Of a stretch of 64,000 bases of DNA, positions 20,833-31,114 are shown piece after piece. The position numbers were made by a program, and so were the translations under genes. The notes beneath the pieces were generated by a model that worked only from the letters and a program-made list of their open reading frames with translations, was not told the DNA's origin and made no database searches. Source of the stretch: Obrimoposthia wandeli (taxonomy: Eukaryota); contig CDROCS010001688.1 of NCBI GenBank assembly GCA_977020255.1, positions 1 to 64,000 on the forward strand. Direction: 5' to 3'. Numbering within the stretch: position 1 is the first letter of the stretch; the number at the start of each line of letters is the position of its first letter.

Positions 20833-20987
20833 TGGGCTGAGCGCCATATCGACTCCATTTTATCACTAGAGTAGTCTACGCAAGGTATGTGAAAGATTAA
20901 ATTTTATCTATGCTTTAGATGCGTCACAGTAAAGCCCTAGCTAAACTTCAATGTGTACGTTTTATTCCCAGAGTATTGCGGAGGATT

Positions 20988-21921
20988 TATGACTTCTCGA
21001 CATTTATTAGTTCCAGTATCTCCTGAACAGGTATTGGGTCCGGCTTTTCATCAAGCTTTGAGATTTGCTGAACAGCAAAAAGCAAAAGTGACGCTATTGA
21101 CGGTGGTTGAGGATCTTGAGGAAATCCAAGATTTGGCTAAGTACGCTTTCACGACTTTAGATTTACTGAATAAAGCAACGGCGGCTTACGATCAACAATT
21201 AAAAAATCATGTACTGTCATTAAAACAACAATACCCTCATATTACTTTTAGTACTGAGATTAGAATGGGTATTCCGTTTATTGAGATAATCAAATCGGCG
21301 GTAGAAGGGAATGTAAACCTGATTATTATTGATACACATCGAAGCCATAAAAAAGTTGCTTGCCAATGGGGGAGTACTACGAGGCAATTGATGCGTAAAT
21401 CTGCAATACCTATATGGGCAATACGTCACAACGAGTCTCAAATAAAGCGGATTGTTGCAGCGGTCGATGTGACAAAAGAGGATTCAGTTTCATTAAATAA
21501 TACCATCATTCAATTGGCACATGAATTCGCTTCTATCAATCAAGCCAGTTTATATGCTTGTCATGCTTGGCGACTTGAGAGTGAAGGCTATTTGCGAAAA
21601 TGGAATAGTTGTACTGATTTAGATATTGCATTGATAGCCAAGCAACTACGGAGTGAGCGTTGTTCTCGTTTACGTACACTTATAGCCCCTTATGAACAGT
21701 TGGCAACCCCTGTGCATCTCCGCTTGATCGAAGGCGATGCTAAAGAGGTACTCCCTGACTTTGTAAGAAAAGAAGAAATAGATTTAGTCATCATGGGGAG
21801 TGTCTCTAGAACGGGTATAGCAGGGTTTCTGATGGGAAATACGGCAGAGTATATGCTTGATGATTTACAGTGCTCAGTGATTACTTTGAAGCCGAAAGGT
21901 TTTCTTTCACCAGTACTGTAG
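20988..21921 (+). CDS. Tandem-domain universal stress protein (UspE-like)
   Basis: Two USP domains; GSTTRQLMRKS and VIMGSVSRTGIAGFLMGNTAE; ATG at 20988 follows a GGAGGA SD. Confidence 0.88.
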
Positions 21922-22091
21922 TGGTACGGTGAATTTGGCTACCTAGTTAAATCTTCCCGACAAACGTGTTGTAAGGTGATGAGCAATGAAAACCGACAGT
22001 CTAAAAGCTGGAGGTCATTATTATTGACCTTAAAATATGATGTATTATATGTTTTTCGAGCGGATAGGTGGTGTTAAGTATGAGCGGTGGG

Positions 22092-22277
22092 TTATTGGTT
22101 TCCACATCGATACCCATCGTTAAATTCAATATATTTAGCTTTACTAAGTTCAAATTCATAGCGCTGATGGCTATAGTGTGGGAATTGACAATAGATGGCA
22201 TATTCCCGATGTAAACCGTTATCGATAAACGCCTCGAATACATCTTTAGTATCAGCAATCAGTGTTTTATCTATCAT
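22092..22277 (-). CDS. Small hypothetical protein (61 aa)
   Basis: Protein-like composition, isolated ORF; no family recognised. Confidence 0.5.
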   Translation of the reverse strand: MIDKTLIADTKDVFEAFIDNGLHREYAIYCQFPHYSHQRYEFELSKAKYIEFNDGYRCGNQ

Positions 22278-22560
22278 CTTCGCTCATTAATAAAAGTGCA
22301 GTTATTTTATTAAAGCTATTGTGTATGAAATGAATGTCTTATTTTTAAGATTTTAAAGTTGTCACTGTTATCGTCAGCACTAATTTGAAATGAAAATGAA
22401 GGATAAAGACTTCTGAACATGCATAGGCGATTTTGGTCTATGCATTTAAGCTGCTTTGACTCTATGCTTATAACAATCAATTATTGGATGCATTATGTTT
22501 GGTTTTAAACCGACACAGTGATTTGATAGTGTTGTTATCGATACAGTAAAGAGAGGTATT

Positions 22561-23046
22561 ATGAACGGTTCGCATTTATTGATAGTGCTATCGAGCATAA
22601 TGACAACCGCGTGTATTAGCGATTTGTATTCAAAACCTATAGCAAAGCTAAATGTAGATATATCAACCATTTCAGAAGAATATGTAAAAGCGACCCGTGG
22701 TGGCATCTTAGACTTTACTGCTGCAATACCGGGTAAAGTTTATCATCCACGTGATGGTTATATTGCCTATGAGCGTTTCTGGTGCTTAGATGAAGAGAAA
22801 GGTTCTGTTGATGACTACCAAAATTTAATCAGTGAGGTCTGCGAACTCAAAGGTGGTGAAATGAAGGGGAGTTGGTGTAGTGATAAGCAGAGTCAGCGAG
22901 CGCTATTTAGTGTAACAATAGAGCAGAACCAAACGACCTGCACGGGGGGTTACGACACGACTATTATTCATACTCTCGAACCGATATCTTCATCGACTGC
23001 ATCGGAGTGGATTGCGGTATCAGAAATGTTGGGGTATGAACGCTAA
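22561..23046 (+). CDS. Hypothetical exported/lipoprotein, Cys-containing
   Basis: AGAGG SD; hydrophobic N-terminus ending TTAC; 4 additional Cys. Confidence 0.65.
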   Translation: MNGSHLLIVLSSIMTTACISDLYSKPIAKLNVDISTISEEYVKATRGGILDFTAAIPGKVYHPRDGYIAYERFWCLDEEKGSVDDYQNLISEVCELKGGEMKGSWCSDKQSQRALFSVTIEQNQTTCTGGYDTTIIHTLEPISSSTASEWIAVSEMLGYER

Positions 23047-24470
23047 ACTTTACTCCACTGTTCACGTAACCTTCTATCTAGTTTTTCTGTCAGTGATTTT
23101 CCATGGCGTAATATGACATTTGAATCACCTGCTTTAATCACGATTGGGAACGATGCAGTGAATATGCCTTGAAAAGCGAGGTACTGTTGATTGTGATGAA
23201 AATCGAATACAAGTTCTTGCGTTTTATAGCGAAAAGGAAGATTAAAAGACCCCGTATGGGAAACAGTGAACATTAATTCGGAAGGATAGCATCGGATTGT
23301 TTTTTCAGCATAAGCCCGAATAAAAGCATGAGATAAGTTAGGATTATGGATTTTTTGCGAAAACGATTTAATCGGATTTTTCACATCCGTTTGTAATCGC
23401 TGAAAGTATTGAACGAAACTGGGTTGGTTTATATCGACTTTTTGATCATGTGTCAGTAATGGGTTGTCGAGAATGGTTTTACGCTTATTTTCCAGTAAAG
23501 AAATTTGCGCCTTATAATCCCTCACAAGCACTTCAATATCGCCAATTGAAATGTTTCGTTTGTCTCGTAGATCTTTTCGTGCTTTTGAAAGTCGTTGACG
23601 TAAGCTATTGTCAAAATACTGGACGTTATTACTCGTATCAAAGAAACCATTCAATGATGTTAATTGGCTCCAAAGTCGAGGGGCATAGTCATCAATAATA
23701 TTTGATACCTTGACGCGATCTTTTTTATTAAACCCAGAGAGTATTTCTTCTTTGTTAATATAAACACAATTGACCATGACGTCATTAATTAATTCAGCCA
23801 TGCCTTTATAACGACGGCATAAAGTATGAGGGCCATCTACAAAACTGAATTTTAAATCGTATAAAGCGGAAGATGACGTTATTTCTTTATTAATTATTCT
23901 AGTCAGTGATTGATTAAATTCACTATTTAACTGGCTATATTTATTTGTTGCATGTGTTACATTGTTGATTGAATTTGCAATATTTTTTTTAAGCGTTTTT
24001 TCGGGTGTTTCAAGTAGCGTAAGATCACGAGTCAGAACCTGAATAGCCCTATCATAATTATTTAAAGTGCTGTTTAGATCGTGCTGTATTAAACGTGCTT
24101 GTGATCGAACGGCGATCATATTTTTCAGATAATGTTTTTGTGCTGTTTCTAAAGCGATTATATACGTATCTGCTTCAACGATGTTAGTCGATTTAAGAAG
24201 CACTTTTAAATCATTTATTTGAATAATGAAGTTAGGGTTCTCTAACCAGTGTTGATTAGTCAGCTCTGCAGACAATGATTGGATTTTAAGAAATTTTTCA
24301 GGCACATCCAAAGGATTATGATCATTTGTAATAATAAAGCCGTTAATTGCTTCTGTTTTTTTTGCAGGGCTGTCTATATCAAAAGATGATAAATCAAGAT
24401 GACTTTCTGAGTTACAAGAAACCAGCATATAGATGGTAGATAGTAAGGCAAATTTATATGTGAATTTCAT
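23043..24470 (-). CDS. Hypothetical coiled-coil lipoprotein
   Basis: 475-aa ORF, lipobox LVSC, helical heptad-rich body; no catalytic motif recognised. Confidence 0.72.
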   Translation of the reverse strand: MKFTYKFALLSTIYMLVSCNSESHLDLSSFDIDSPAKKTEAINGFIITNDHNPLDVPEKFLKIQSLSAELTNQHWLENPNFIIQINDLKVLLKSTNIVEADTYIIALETAQKHYLKNMIAVRSQARLIQHDLNSTLNNYDRAIQVLTRDLTLLETPEKTLKKNIANSINNVTHATNKYSQLNSEFNQSLTRIINKEITSSSALYDLKFSFVDGPHTLCRRYKGMAELINDVMVNCVYINKEEILSGFNKKDRVKVSNIIDDYAPRLWSQLTSLNGFFDTSNNVQYFDNSLRQRLSKARKDLRDKRNISIGDIEVLVRDYKAQISLLENKRKTILDNPLLTHDQKVDINQPSFVQYFQRLQTDVKNPIKSFSQKIHNPNLSHAFIRAYAEKTIRCYPSELMFTVSHTGSFNLPFRYKTQELVFDFHHNQQYLAFQGIFTASFPIVIKAGDSNVILRHGKSLTEKLDRRLREQWSKV

Positions 24471-24731
24471 GAGTATTTCTTTCGTTTCAACTTTAAAACT
24501 TGCAGATGAGTGTACTGGTAATTAACGCCTATGCAACTCGTTTCTCTGCTTGTCTAGCACTATGTAACAAAAGTCATGTCTGTTTATATAAAATTTGAAC
24601 GATTACGCTAATTTTTATACGAGGAAAAAGTAGCTTTGTAAGCGTATTTTTAGAAAAATATTTATCAAATTAAACGGTTTTGTTGAATCTGTGTTAAGTT
24701 TAACTGGACTGACCAGATAAGGATTGCCGTC

Positions 24732-25538
24732 ATGACGTGGAATAAGTTAGCCGTAACAGAGCACAAGGGCGTTGTTACTGTAGCTTTAAATCGGCCTGAA
24801 AAACTGAATGCGCTCGATAAAGAAATGTTCGATGAATTGGATACGATAAGTAAACAGCTGCGTAAACGAAAAGATATTCGAGCCGTTATTTTGACTGGAA
24901 ATGGCGGAACGTTTAGCAGTGGGATAGATATCAAAAGTATTGTGTCTGATAAATCGAAGATATTAAATTTATTAGTAAAGCTTTTACCCGGAAATGCGAA
25001 TTTAGCACAACGTGTATCACGTAATTGGCGGATGATCCCCGTACCTGTCATTGCCGTTATTGAAGGTCGTTGTTACGGTGGTGGGCTTCAAGTCGTTATG
25101 GGGGCTGATATTCGCATAGTAGCGCCTAATGCTGAGTTGTCGATCATGGAGGTACGCTGGGGGTTAGTGCCAGATATGGGCGGCTTATTGGCGTTACGAG
25201 AAGTAGTGTCGAAAGATGTTGCACTAAAGCTAACCCTAACCGGTGACATAATTTCTGCAGAGAAAGCGCTAGAATTTGGTGTTGTAACAGAAATTAGCGA
25301 TCAACCTATGCAAGCAGCGCAAGCCTTATGCGCTAAAATTACGCAAGCTTCCCCTGATGCGATTGCTGCCATCAAACACACAACAAACCGATGCTGGGTA
25401 AGCAGCGAGCGTAGATTATTAGCAAAAGAAACGTTTAGCCAAATTCGTTTATTGTTAGGTAAAAATTTTCAAATTGCGGTAAAGCGTCAGCGCACTTCAA
25501 ATGATATTGAATATAAAGACCGTCAATCTTTTTGGTAA
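24732..25538 (+). CDS. Crotonase / enoyl-CoA hydratase family protein
   Basis: LNRPEKLNAL, FSSGID, PVPVIAVIEGRCYGGGLQ, EVRWGLVPDMGG. Confidence 0.93.
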   Translation: MTWNKLAVTEHKGVVTVALNRPEKLNALDKEMFDELDTISKQLRKRKDIRAVILTGNGGTFSSGIDIKSIVSDKSKILNLLVKLLPGNANLAQRVSRNWRMIPVPVIAVIEGRCYGGGLQVVMGADIRIVAPNAELSIMEVRWGLVPDMGGLLALREVVSKDVALKLTLTGDIISAEKALEFGVVTEISDQPMQAAQALCAKITQASPDAIAAIKHTTNRCWVSSERRLLAKETFSQIRLLLGKNFQIAVKRQRTSNDIEYKDRQSFW

Positions 25539-25745
25539 TACTCTATTCTTTTTGTTTGAAGTACTCTGAACTTAAAAAGGCGCTAAATGCGCCTTAACTA
25601 AAGCTGGTAATGGGAGTGAATGCTGTTTTATTGAAGCAGTTACATATCAATTTGAAACGTTGGAAGCTCCCTCGCCAGTATAGTGCTGGCTCGTCAGTTC
25701 AACAAAAGATGCCGGTCTAGATTTCTTAGTATCATAATGGTGCGG

Positions 25746-26672
25746 TTAGGCACCATTAATTAACTGTTTACTGTTGAAATGCTTTATCAAAAAAACAACC
25801 ATACTTGTTCCCTGCTCGAGACCTATTACGTGTCCGCCTTTATGATCAACCTCAGTAACAGGCATCTGCTTATCTTCCAACAGCTTCACTAGATAGCGGC
25901 TGCCTCTAGGAATCCATGCAAATCCGTCGTTTTTACCGTATTCAATGTGAATAGAGATTAACTTGTTTGGATTTTTTAAATAAGCATTTAGTTTTTCGGG
26001 TAGATTTCCAAACCCCGACTCCCACTGAGCACGTACTTCTGCTGATGAGTTTTCCCATTTGTTCCAGTTGTTTTCATTAGGGGCGAAAGCGGACGCATAA
26101 CCTTCTAAAAACTGCGTCCAATAGTTTTTTTGCCATTGTGCAACAGCATCGTTTAAGCCGTTTTCATCAAACAGTCCGGGGCTCAAGGCAAACAGATGTT
26201 TAAATTTATCAGGATGAGCCAGTCCAATATTAACGACCGCACTACCGCCCATGGAAAAACCAGCAAGCCCGCGAAACTGGGGGGTACTCTTAGTACGATA
26301 GTGACTGTCTATATAAATAAGAACATCTTTTGTTACAAAATCTTCCCAATTTCCGGTATTTGGAGAGTTTGCATAAAAGCTCCCGCCGAACTGATTGTTA
26401 CCATTAATAGCAACGACAATCATCTCCTGTGCCTGCTTGTTTTGTATTGCCTTTTGCAGAGCATTACTGATAGAAGATGCCTGACTTACATCATTGCCGT
26501 AACCATGGAGGTAATATAGTACCGGATAACGGGCGTTTGATGTCTTGTAGGATGGCGGCGTGTAAATGCCCAATACCTGGGCGGCACTGTTTGTTAGTTT
26601 GCTCCCTTGTAATGAAACAGCTTCGATCTCAATCCTCTCGGTTTGAGATTGGGCGCTTAAACTGAAAGTCAT
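25746..26672 (-). CDS. Putative esterase (alpha/beta hydrolase, Fes/XynB-like)
   Basis: YPVLYYLHG, GFSMGG elbow, GGH; possibly N-terminally frameshifted (see findings). Confidence 0.82.
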   Translation of the reverse strand: MTFSLSAQSQTERIEIEAVSLQGSKLTNSAAQVLGIYTPPSYKTSNARYPVLYYLHGYGNDVSQASSISNALQKAIQNKQAQEMIVVAINGNNQFGGSFYANSPNTGNWEDFVTKDVLIYIDSHYRTKSTPQFRGLAGFSMGGSAVVNIGLAHPDKFKHLFALSPGLFDENGLNDAVAQWQKNYWTQFLEGYASAFAPNENNWNKWENSSAEVRAQWESGFGNLPEKLNAYLKNPNKLISIHIEYGKNDGFAWIPRGSRYLVKLLEDKQMPVTEVDHKGGHVIGLEQGTSMVVFLIKHFNSKQLINGA

Positions 26673-27027
26673 AACAAAAACAAATTTTTTTTATTCTATT
26701 AAACAACATGTTGAGTAACAATTATCAAAAGATTAAAGTACTAATTTAAGCAAAAAGTTAGATCTTTCACAGTCAGTTAATGCTGTTTTTGTGACATGAA
26801 AAGACATTGATTGTTGAATTTTCATACAACTACATGAAAGTGCGCCTTTATTGGTAATTTTAATGAGACAAAAAAAGAATTTTTGGAAAGAGTGCAAATT
26901 AATGAATCAGGATTGGCACTTCTTTTCTTCAAAATTCTGGTTCCCATCGATTTTGTGTGGGATATCCAAGTAGCGAAAAATGATATTCCCCCCGCCCAAC
27001 ATGACGACAATCAACGATCTATTTCTG

Positions 27028-27295
27028 AGGCAATCGCCTGTTTTGTTGTTGCTTAACGATGTTAAGGCATTCCCATTCACGATGAAGTGCATACTTGAAA
27101 AGAACTGTAAACCATTGCGATCAACCCTGACAGCACTCCAATAATGGGTTTCGGGTGCTTATCAAAGTGGTGGATAATGCGACGCACCGCACGTGAAGAA
27201 GCATCAATGGTTTCAGGGCGTTTACCTTGCAGATTTAAGTTGGTAAGCTGTTGTTAATAAAGAGAGTTGGTGCGAAGTTGTTGTTCAGTGTACAT
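27028..27295 (-). pseudogene. Decayed tyrosine recombinase (N-terminal SAM-like region) of the type associated with IS91-like elements
   Basis: Hand translation across a stop, a deletion and a frameshift: MYTEQQLRTNSLY*QQLTNLNLQGKRPETIDASSRAVRRIIHHFDKHP / THYWSAVRVDRNGLQFF / FKYALHREWECLNIVKQQQNRRLP. Confidence 0.75.
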
Positions 27296-27420
27296 GTTAA
27301 ATACTCTGTAGTGATTGGAGTATTAAGGGTAGTTTGAGGTTTTTTTGCTTCACGATTATAGCCAACCATTCATTTTTGCTTAGCATGCGTTAAATGTTTT
27401 ATATTAACTAAGGATAAACA

Positions 27421-27978
27421 GTGAAAAATAAATTTTGGCTAATAAGTGTTTTAAGTATGTCATCGTTGCTTATTGGGTGTGGTGGCGATAGTGATTCGAA
27501 TCCACCTGCAGATGAAAAAACGGCTATTGAGCAACAGTTAATAAGTGAAATGAGTGGCACGTGGAAACATGAATGTTTTCCTGTGTATGACGTTGAAAAT
27601 GGAAATAAGCTTTCTGCTTATAATACAATGGTAATGACTGTGAATTCTGACCTGTCATTAACGAGTCGCGTAAGTGTTTATGATGCGGCTGATAATAAAT
27701 GTGAATTAAATTCTCAGCTAATAACAATGAACAGCAATGTTGAAGTTAAAGGTAAAGCATACAGTGATGAAAGCTATGAAGCTTATGCTGTGGATATAAA
27801 TTATGGAGAGATTGTAAATGGTTCTTGGGATACATTATCGACTGTCTATACATTATTTTATATAGACAGTGAAAAGCTTTATTTTGGTCAGCAAACAGGA
27901 AATAATACTGGTGAAAGTGAAGAAAAACGTCATTCGTCTTTAAATCTCGTAGAGTTTTACAATAAAGTTATCAATTAG
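27421..27978 (+). CDS. Hypothetical lipoprotein
   Basis: AAGGA SD, GTG start, lipobox LIGC followed by a GGDSDS linker; beta-rich body. Confidence 0.72.
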   Translation: MKNKFWLISVLSMSSLLIGCGGDSDSNPPADEKTAIEQQLISEMSGTWKHECFPVYDVENGNKLSAYNTMVMTVNSDLSLTSRVSVYDAADNKCELNSQLITMNSNVEVKGKAYSDESYEAYAVDINYGEIVNGSWDTLSTVYTLFYIDSEKLYFGQQTGNNTGESEEKRHSSLNLVEFYNKVIN

Positions 27979-28279
27979 TCGTAGATACATTTAAATGTAT
28001 CGGAGAGATGTGAACAACACAGGATACCGTTGGATCAACCATGAAGCGGGTGAGGCAGTAATCTGCTTGCCGTGAAGCCGCGATGGGCTGCTTCTTGACA
28101 TTAGGGCCTAAGTATTTTGCCGTATGTGCTTTATGGCTGGTCTTCTTGATCTGCTCGAACTCATCCCATTTTACTTGTTGTTCTTTGTTCAGTTTGAGCT
28201 GATTTTCCAGTTCGTCGAACTGCTCTTGCATCGCTCCAATGCCCATACTTCCAGCCATAGCACCTCGCCCTTGCATCAT
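27971..28279 (-). pseudogene. Chimeric/decayed ORF: LTXXQ/Spy-like fragment fused to an IS91-family transposase fragment
   Basis: QLKLNKEQQVKWDEF followed by KKTSHKAHTAKYLGPNVKKQPIAASRQADY. Confidence 0.55.
28058..28147 (-). mobile_element. IS91-family (HUH/Y2) transposase relic, catalytic YxxxY region
   Basis: AKYLGPNVKKQPIAASR resembles the remembered family motif YLGRY(L/V)KKPPIAASRL. Confidence 0.6.
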
Positions 28280-28344
28280 GCCGTTATATTATAAAGCATG
28301 CCATTCGGTAAATAGCATGGCATGATTTATCCATCCCGTGCTTA

Positions 28345-29763
28345 TTAACTTGGAGAAATATTTTGGTTCTGGCTAAAGAAGTTATCAGGATCGTATTTAG
28401 CTTTTATTTCAGCTAAGCGCTGGTAATTATCACCATAAGCACCGGGCACTCTTTCTTCACCATCGCTTAGAAAGTTGACATATACACCGCCAGTGGCAAA
28501 AGTTTTGGTGGCATCATAAAAATCGCGGGCCCAAGCGATACAGTTGTTATCTTGGTCTTTATTCTCCCAGCGAGTATGCACGTTCATAATGAACTCAACG
28601 TCGCGATGAGGGTAAGCTGTCGCATCACTTTCTACCTTATTGGTGGCTCCGCCCATTTGCGCAATAAATATTTCAGATTCAGGGCTGGGCAGGTTATTCC
28701 CATACTGAATTAAAGCCGTAATTAAACCATCACTTAGTTCGGTGAAATTATGAGATTTCCAGTAATTTCGGGCTCCGGGGGTTAGTAGCGGATCAAAAGC
28801 TTGCTGGAATCCAGTAAAAGGATAAATACCAAAACCATCGGCAATCGGTTTGCCTAAGTCTCGTAATTTGGCTAATTGCAATATTCCTTCTTTAGCATCA
28901 CCGTTGTATAAGGCGGCTAAAATCAATACTCGATTTCCATGCTCAGCTTCAGGTAGAAACGGTAGCGGAGGAGCATCGCGCATTACCGCCCAAACGCTCA
29001 GTTGTTCTGGGCAGGTTTTACAAAATTCGCGATAGGCAGGTAAGATTTTATTGGCTTGATCAAAGGGGAAAACCACAGGCCCTGCAGCTACCATAGGACC
29101 AACGGGATGCAGTTTAAATTCAAAAGAAGTGACTATACCAAAGTTGCCACCACCACCTCGGTTAGCCCAAAAAAGGTCGCTGTTAGTAAGGGAATCACAG
29201 CGAAGGCGCTCACCTTGTGCGGTAATCACCTCTATCGAGATTAAGTTATCAACGGTAAGACCATAAGAACGGCTTAACCAGCCAAACCCACCACCGAGGG
29301 TTAAACCAGCAATGCCCGTGGTGGAATTTATACCAGTAGGGACGGCAAGGCCATAAGCTTGACATTCATGATCGACATCACCTAATGTTGCGCCAGGGCC
29401 TGCTATTGCAATACAAGTATCGGGATCAACATGTACTGAAGATAAGGTGCTGAGATCGATTAAGATGGCTCCATCAGATAAGGATTTCCCCGCAATGTTG
29501 TGCCCAGCACCTCGGATAGTCACTAGGCAATGATGCGCTTTGGCAAACTTGACTGCATGTATTACGTCGGCGGTACCACTACATTGAATGATAAGTGCTG
29601 GCCGGCGATCAATCATGGCGTTCCATATTTGCCTAAGCTGGTCATATTCGTCGTCTTGGGGAGTTAATATTCTCCCTCGGATTTGCGCAGTTAACTCTTC
29701 AATTAGTTGTTCACTGAGTATTATTGTTTCACCGCTGATGGAGCGGACTGCTAATGTGGGCAT
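28345..29763 (-). CDS. FAD-binding oxidoreductase (FAD_binding_4 + BBE domain)
   Basis: RGAGHNIAG (covalent-FAD His), TGIAGLTLGGGFG, GGGGNFGIVT, YVNF, K.KYDPDNFF. Confidence 0.93.
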   Translation of the reverse strand: MPTLAVRSISGETIILSEQLIEELTAQIRGRILTPQDDEYDQLRQIWNAMIDRRPALIIQCSGTADVIHAVKFAKAHHCLVTIRGAGHNIAGKSLSDGAILIDLSTLSSVHVDPDTCIAIAGPGATLGDVDHECQAYGLAVPTGINSTTGIAGLTLGGGFGWLSRSYGLTVDNLISIEVITAQGERLRCDSLTNSDLFWANRGGGGNFGIVTSFEFKLHPVGPMVAAGPVVFPFDQANKILPAYREFCKTCPEQLSVWAVMRDAPPLPFLPEAEHGNRVLILAALYNGDAKEGILQLAKLRDLGKPIADGFGIYPFTGFQQAFDPLLTPGARNYWKSHNFTELSDGLITALIQYGNNLPSPESEIFIAQMGGATNKVESDATAYPHRDVEFIMNVHTRWENKDQDNNCIAWARDFYDATKTFATGGVYVNFLSDGEERVPGAYGDNYQRLAEIKAKYDPDNFFSQNQNISPS

Positions 29764-30332
29764 TCTTGTTCTCCACTTTTAAAGGTACAAAAAGGGGGAT
29801 GTTCCAGATTATCGCCAATTTTTGAGGGACTGATACTCGACTAAAAAGTATGCAGCTTATTGCTTAAAAACTATTTTTAATTACCGAGATAAGTTTAGAT
29901 GGAAAATAATATAATACACATTATTTGCCACAAGGGTAAAAGACAAAAAGGCAGCACATTCATACCTTATAATCTGTTAAATCATTAAATTAAAGGAAAT
30001 ATCATACTCGACGTAAACAATAAATAAATATTACACAGTTCAAACGGCAAGGCTTATTAGTCAATATTAGCGGTTAAAATTGATAATAGAGAAGAAAAAG
30101 CTAAGCCGAATGTGTCCCTTTCTTTTTTAGAATGAATACTCAGTTGTAGCCGAAAATTGACTCTCTAATCCTGCTTCCATGATTGGGCGTTAAGTCGCTG
30201 GCTTCAGGAACGATCATAGAGGTGATATTTCTTAGCGGCGGAAACAAACCCAACCATTTATTGCCAAGTCTAAGGGGCGTGCTAGTTTTAATAGAGTAAT
30301 AGTTTATAAACGAGATGTCGGAGAAAAACAAC

Positions 30333-30962
30333 ATGAGTGAAACCAAGCAGGCATTATGGGAGCTAGAGTACAGACTTGAGCATCATCCCGACATGTTTAA
30401 GAAAATCAATTATTCCCAGTTAATTGATTTAGGTCAGAAAATAAAGCGAGGTGTTAACAAAAAAATAGACGATCCTGTTCTTACTCCATCAGATATAAAA
30501 AGAACGATTGATGCCTTTAAGGTATGTGTAGAGTTGACTGTCATTGTAAAAGAGTCAGAAATTGTCACGAAAATCATTTCAAAAGATGAGCTCAAAGAGC
30601 TCGTGGAACTTGCGGAATCAAAAGATTTAATAGCGATGCTACTAGATATAAATAAAGATAGCCTTAATGAGACGAAGTTAGAATCATATTTGAAACTTAA
30701 CTACGATTCTCCGGATAACAATAAGTTAACGCCTGACGAATGCAACCGAAGACAAACGGCACTTCTTATAATGAATAAAGCTTTATCAGGTGGCCTGCTG
30801 ACCTGTGGAAATATTAGTTTGGGGGCACTTTCTGGTATTCTTTCAACCATTCCAACGCTGACAAATCCAACTTTCCCACTTATTCCCGGCTTAGTAACGT
30901 CTACCTATACCGGTATAAACGGAATACTGTCAGCGCTTGAAGACCTAAACAATTTGCCATAA
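30333..30962 (+). CDS. Orphan hypothetical protein with a C-terminal Gly-rich hydrophobic segment
   Basis: GGAG SD before ATG 30333 (alternative start 30315); long clean ORF. Confidence 0.7.
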   Translation: MSETKQALWELEYRLEHHPDMFKKINYSQLIDLGQKIKRGVNKKIDDPVLTPSDIKRTIDAFKVCVELTVIVKESEIVTKIISKDELKELVELAESKDLIAMLLDINKDSLNETKLESYLKLNYDSPDNNKLTPDECNRRQTALLIMNKALSGGLLTCGNISLGALSGILSTIPTLTNPTFPLIPGLVTSTYTGINGILSALEDLNNLP

Positions 30963-31114
30963 GAGATAAATCTCTTAACACCATGGTAGCGATAAAAAAG
31001 AGCACGTTCTTCGTACTCTTTAAAGGTCGTCGATACTCAGTAAATAAATTTATCACTAACGAGCCTTTGCAATTTACCCCAATGTTTATTGATCACAACA
31101 CTGTTTCTTGAACA

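Noticed and set aside
25697-25751. Complete attC site after the esterase (GCCTAAC...GTTGAAC on the minus strand)
   Set aside because: About 55 bp with no internal L-box complementarity; only the AAC/GTT triplets pair.
29830-31045. Recurring ATACTC(G/A) short motifs flanking the orphan gene
   Set aside because: Too short and variable to distinguish from chance in AT-rich DNA.
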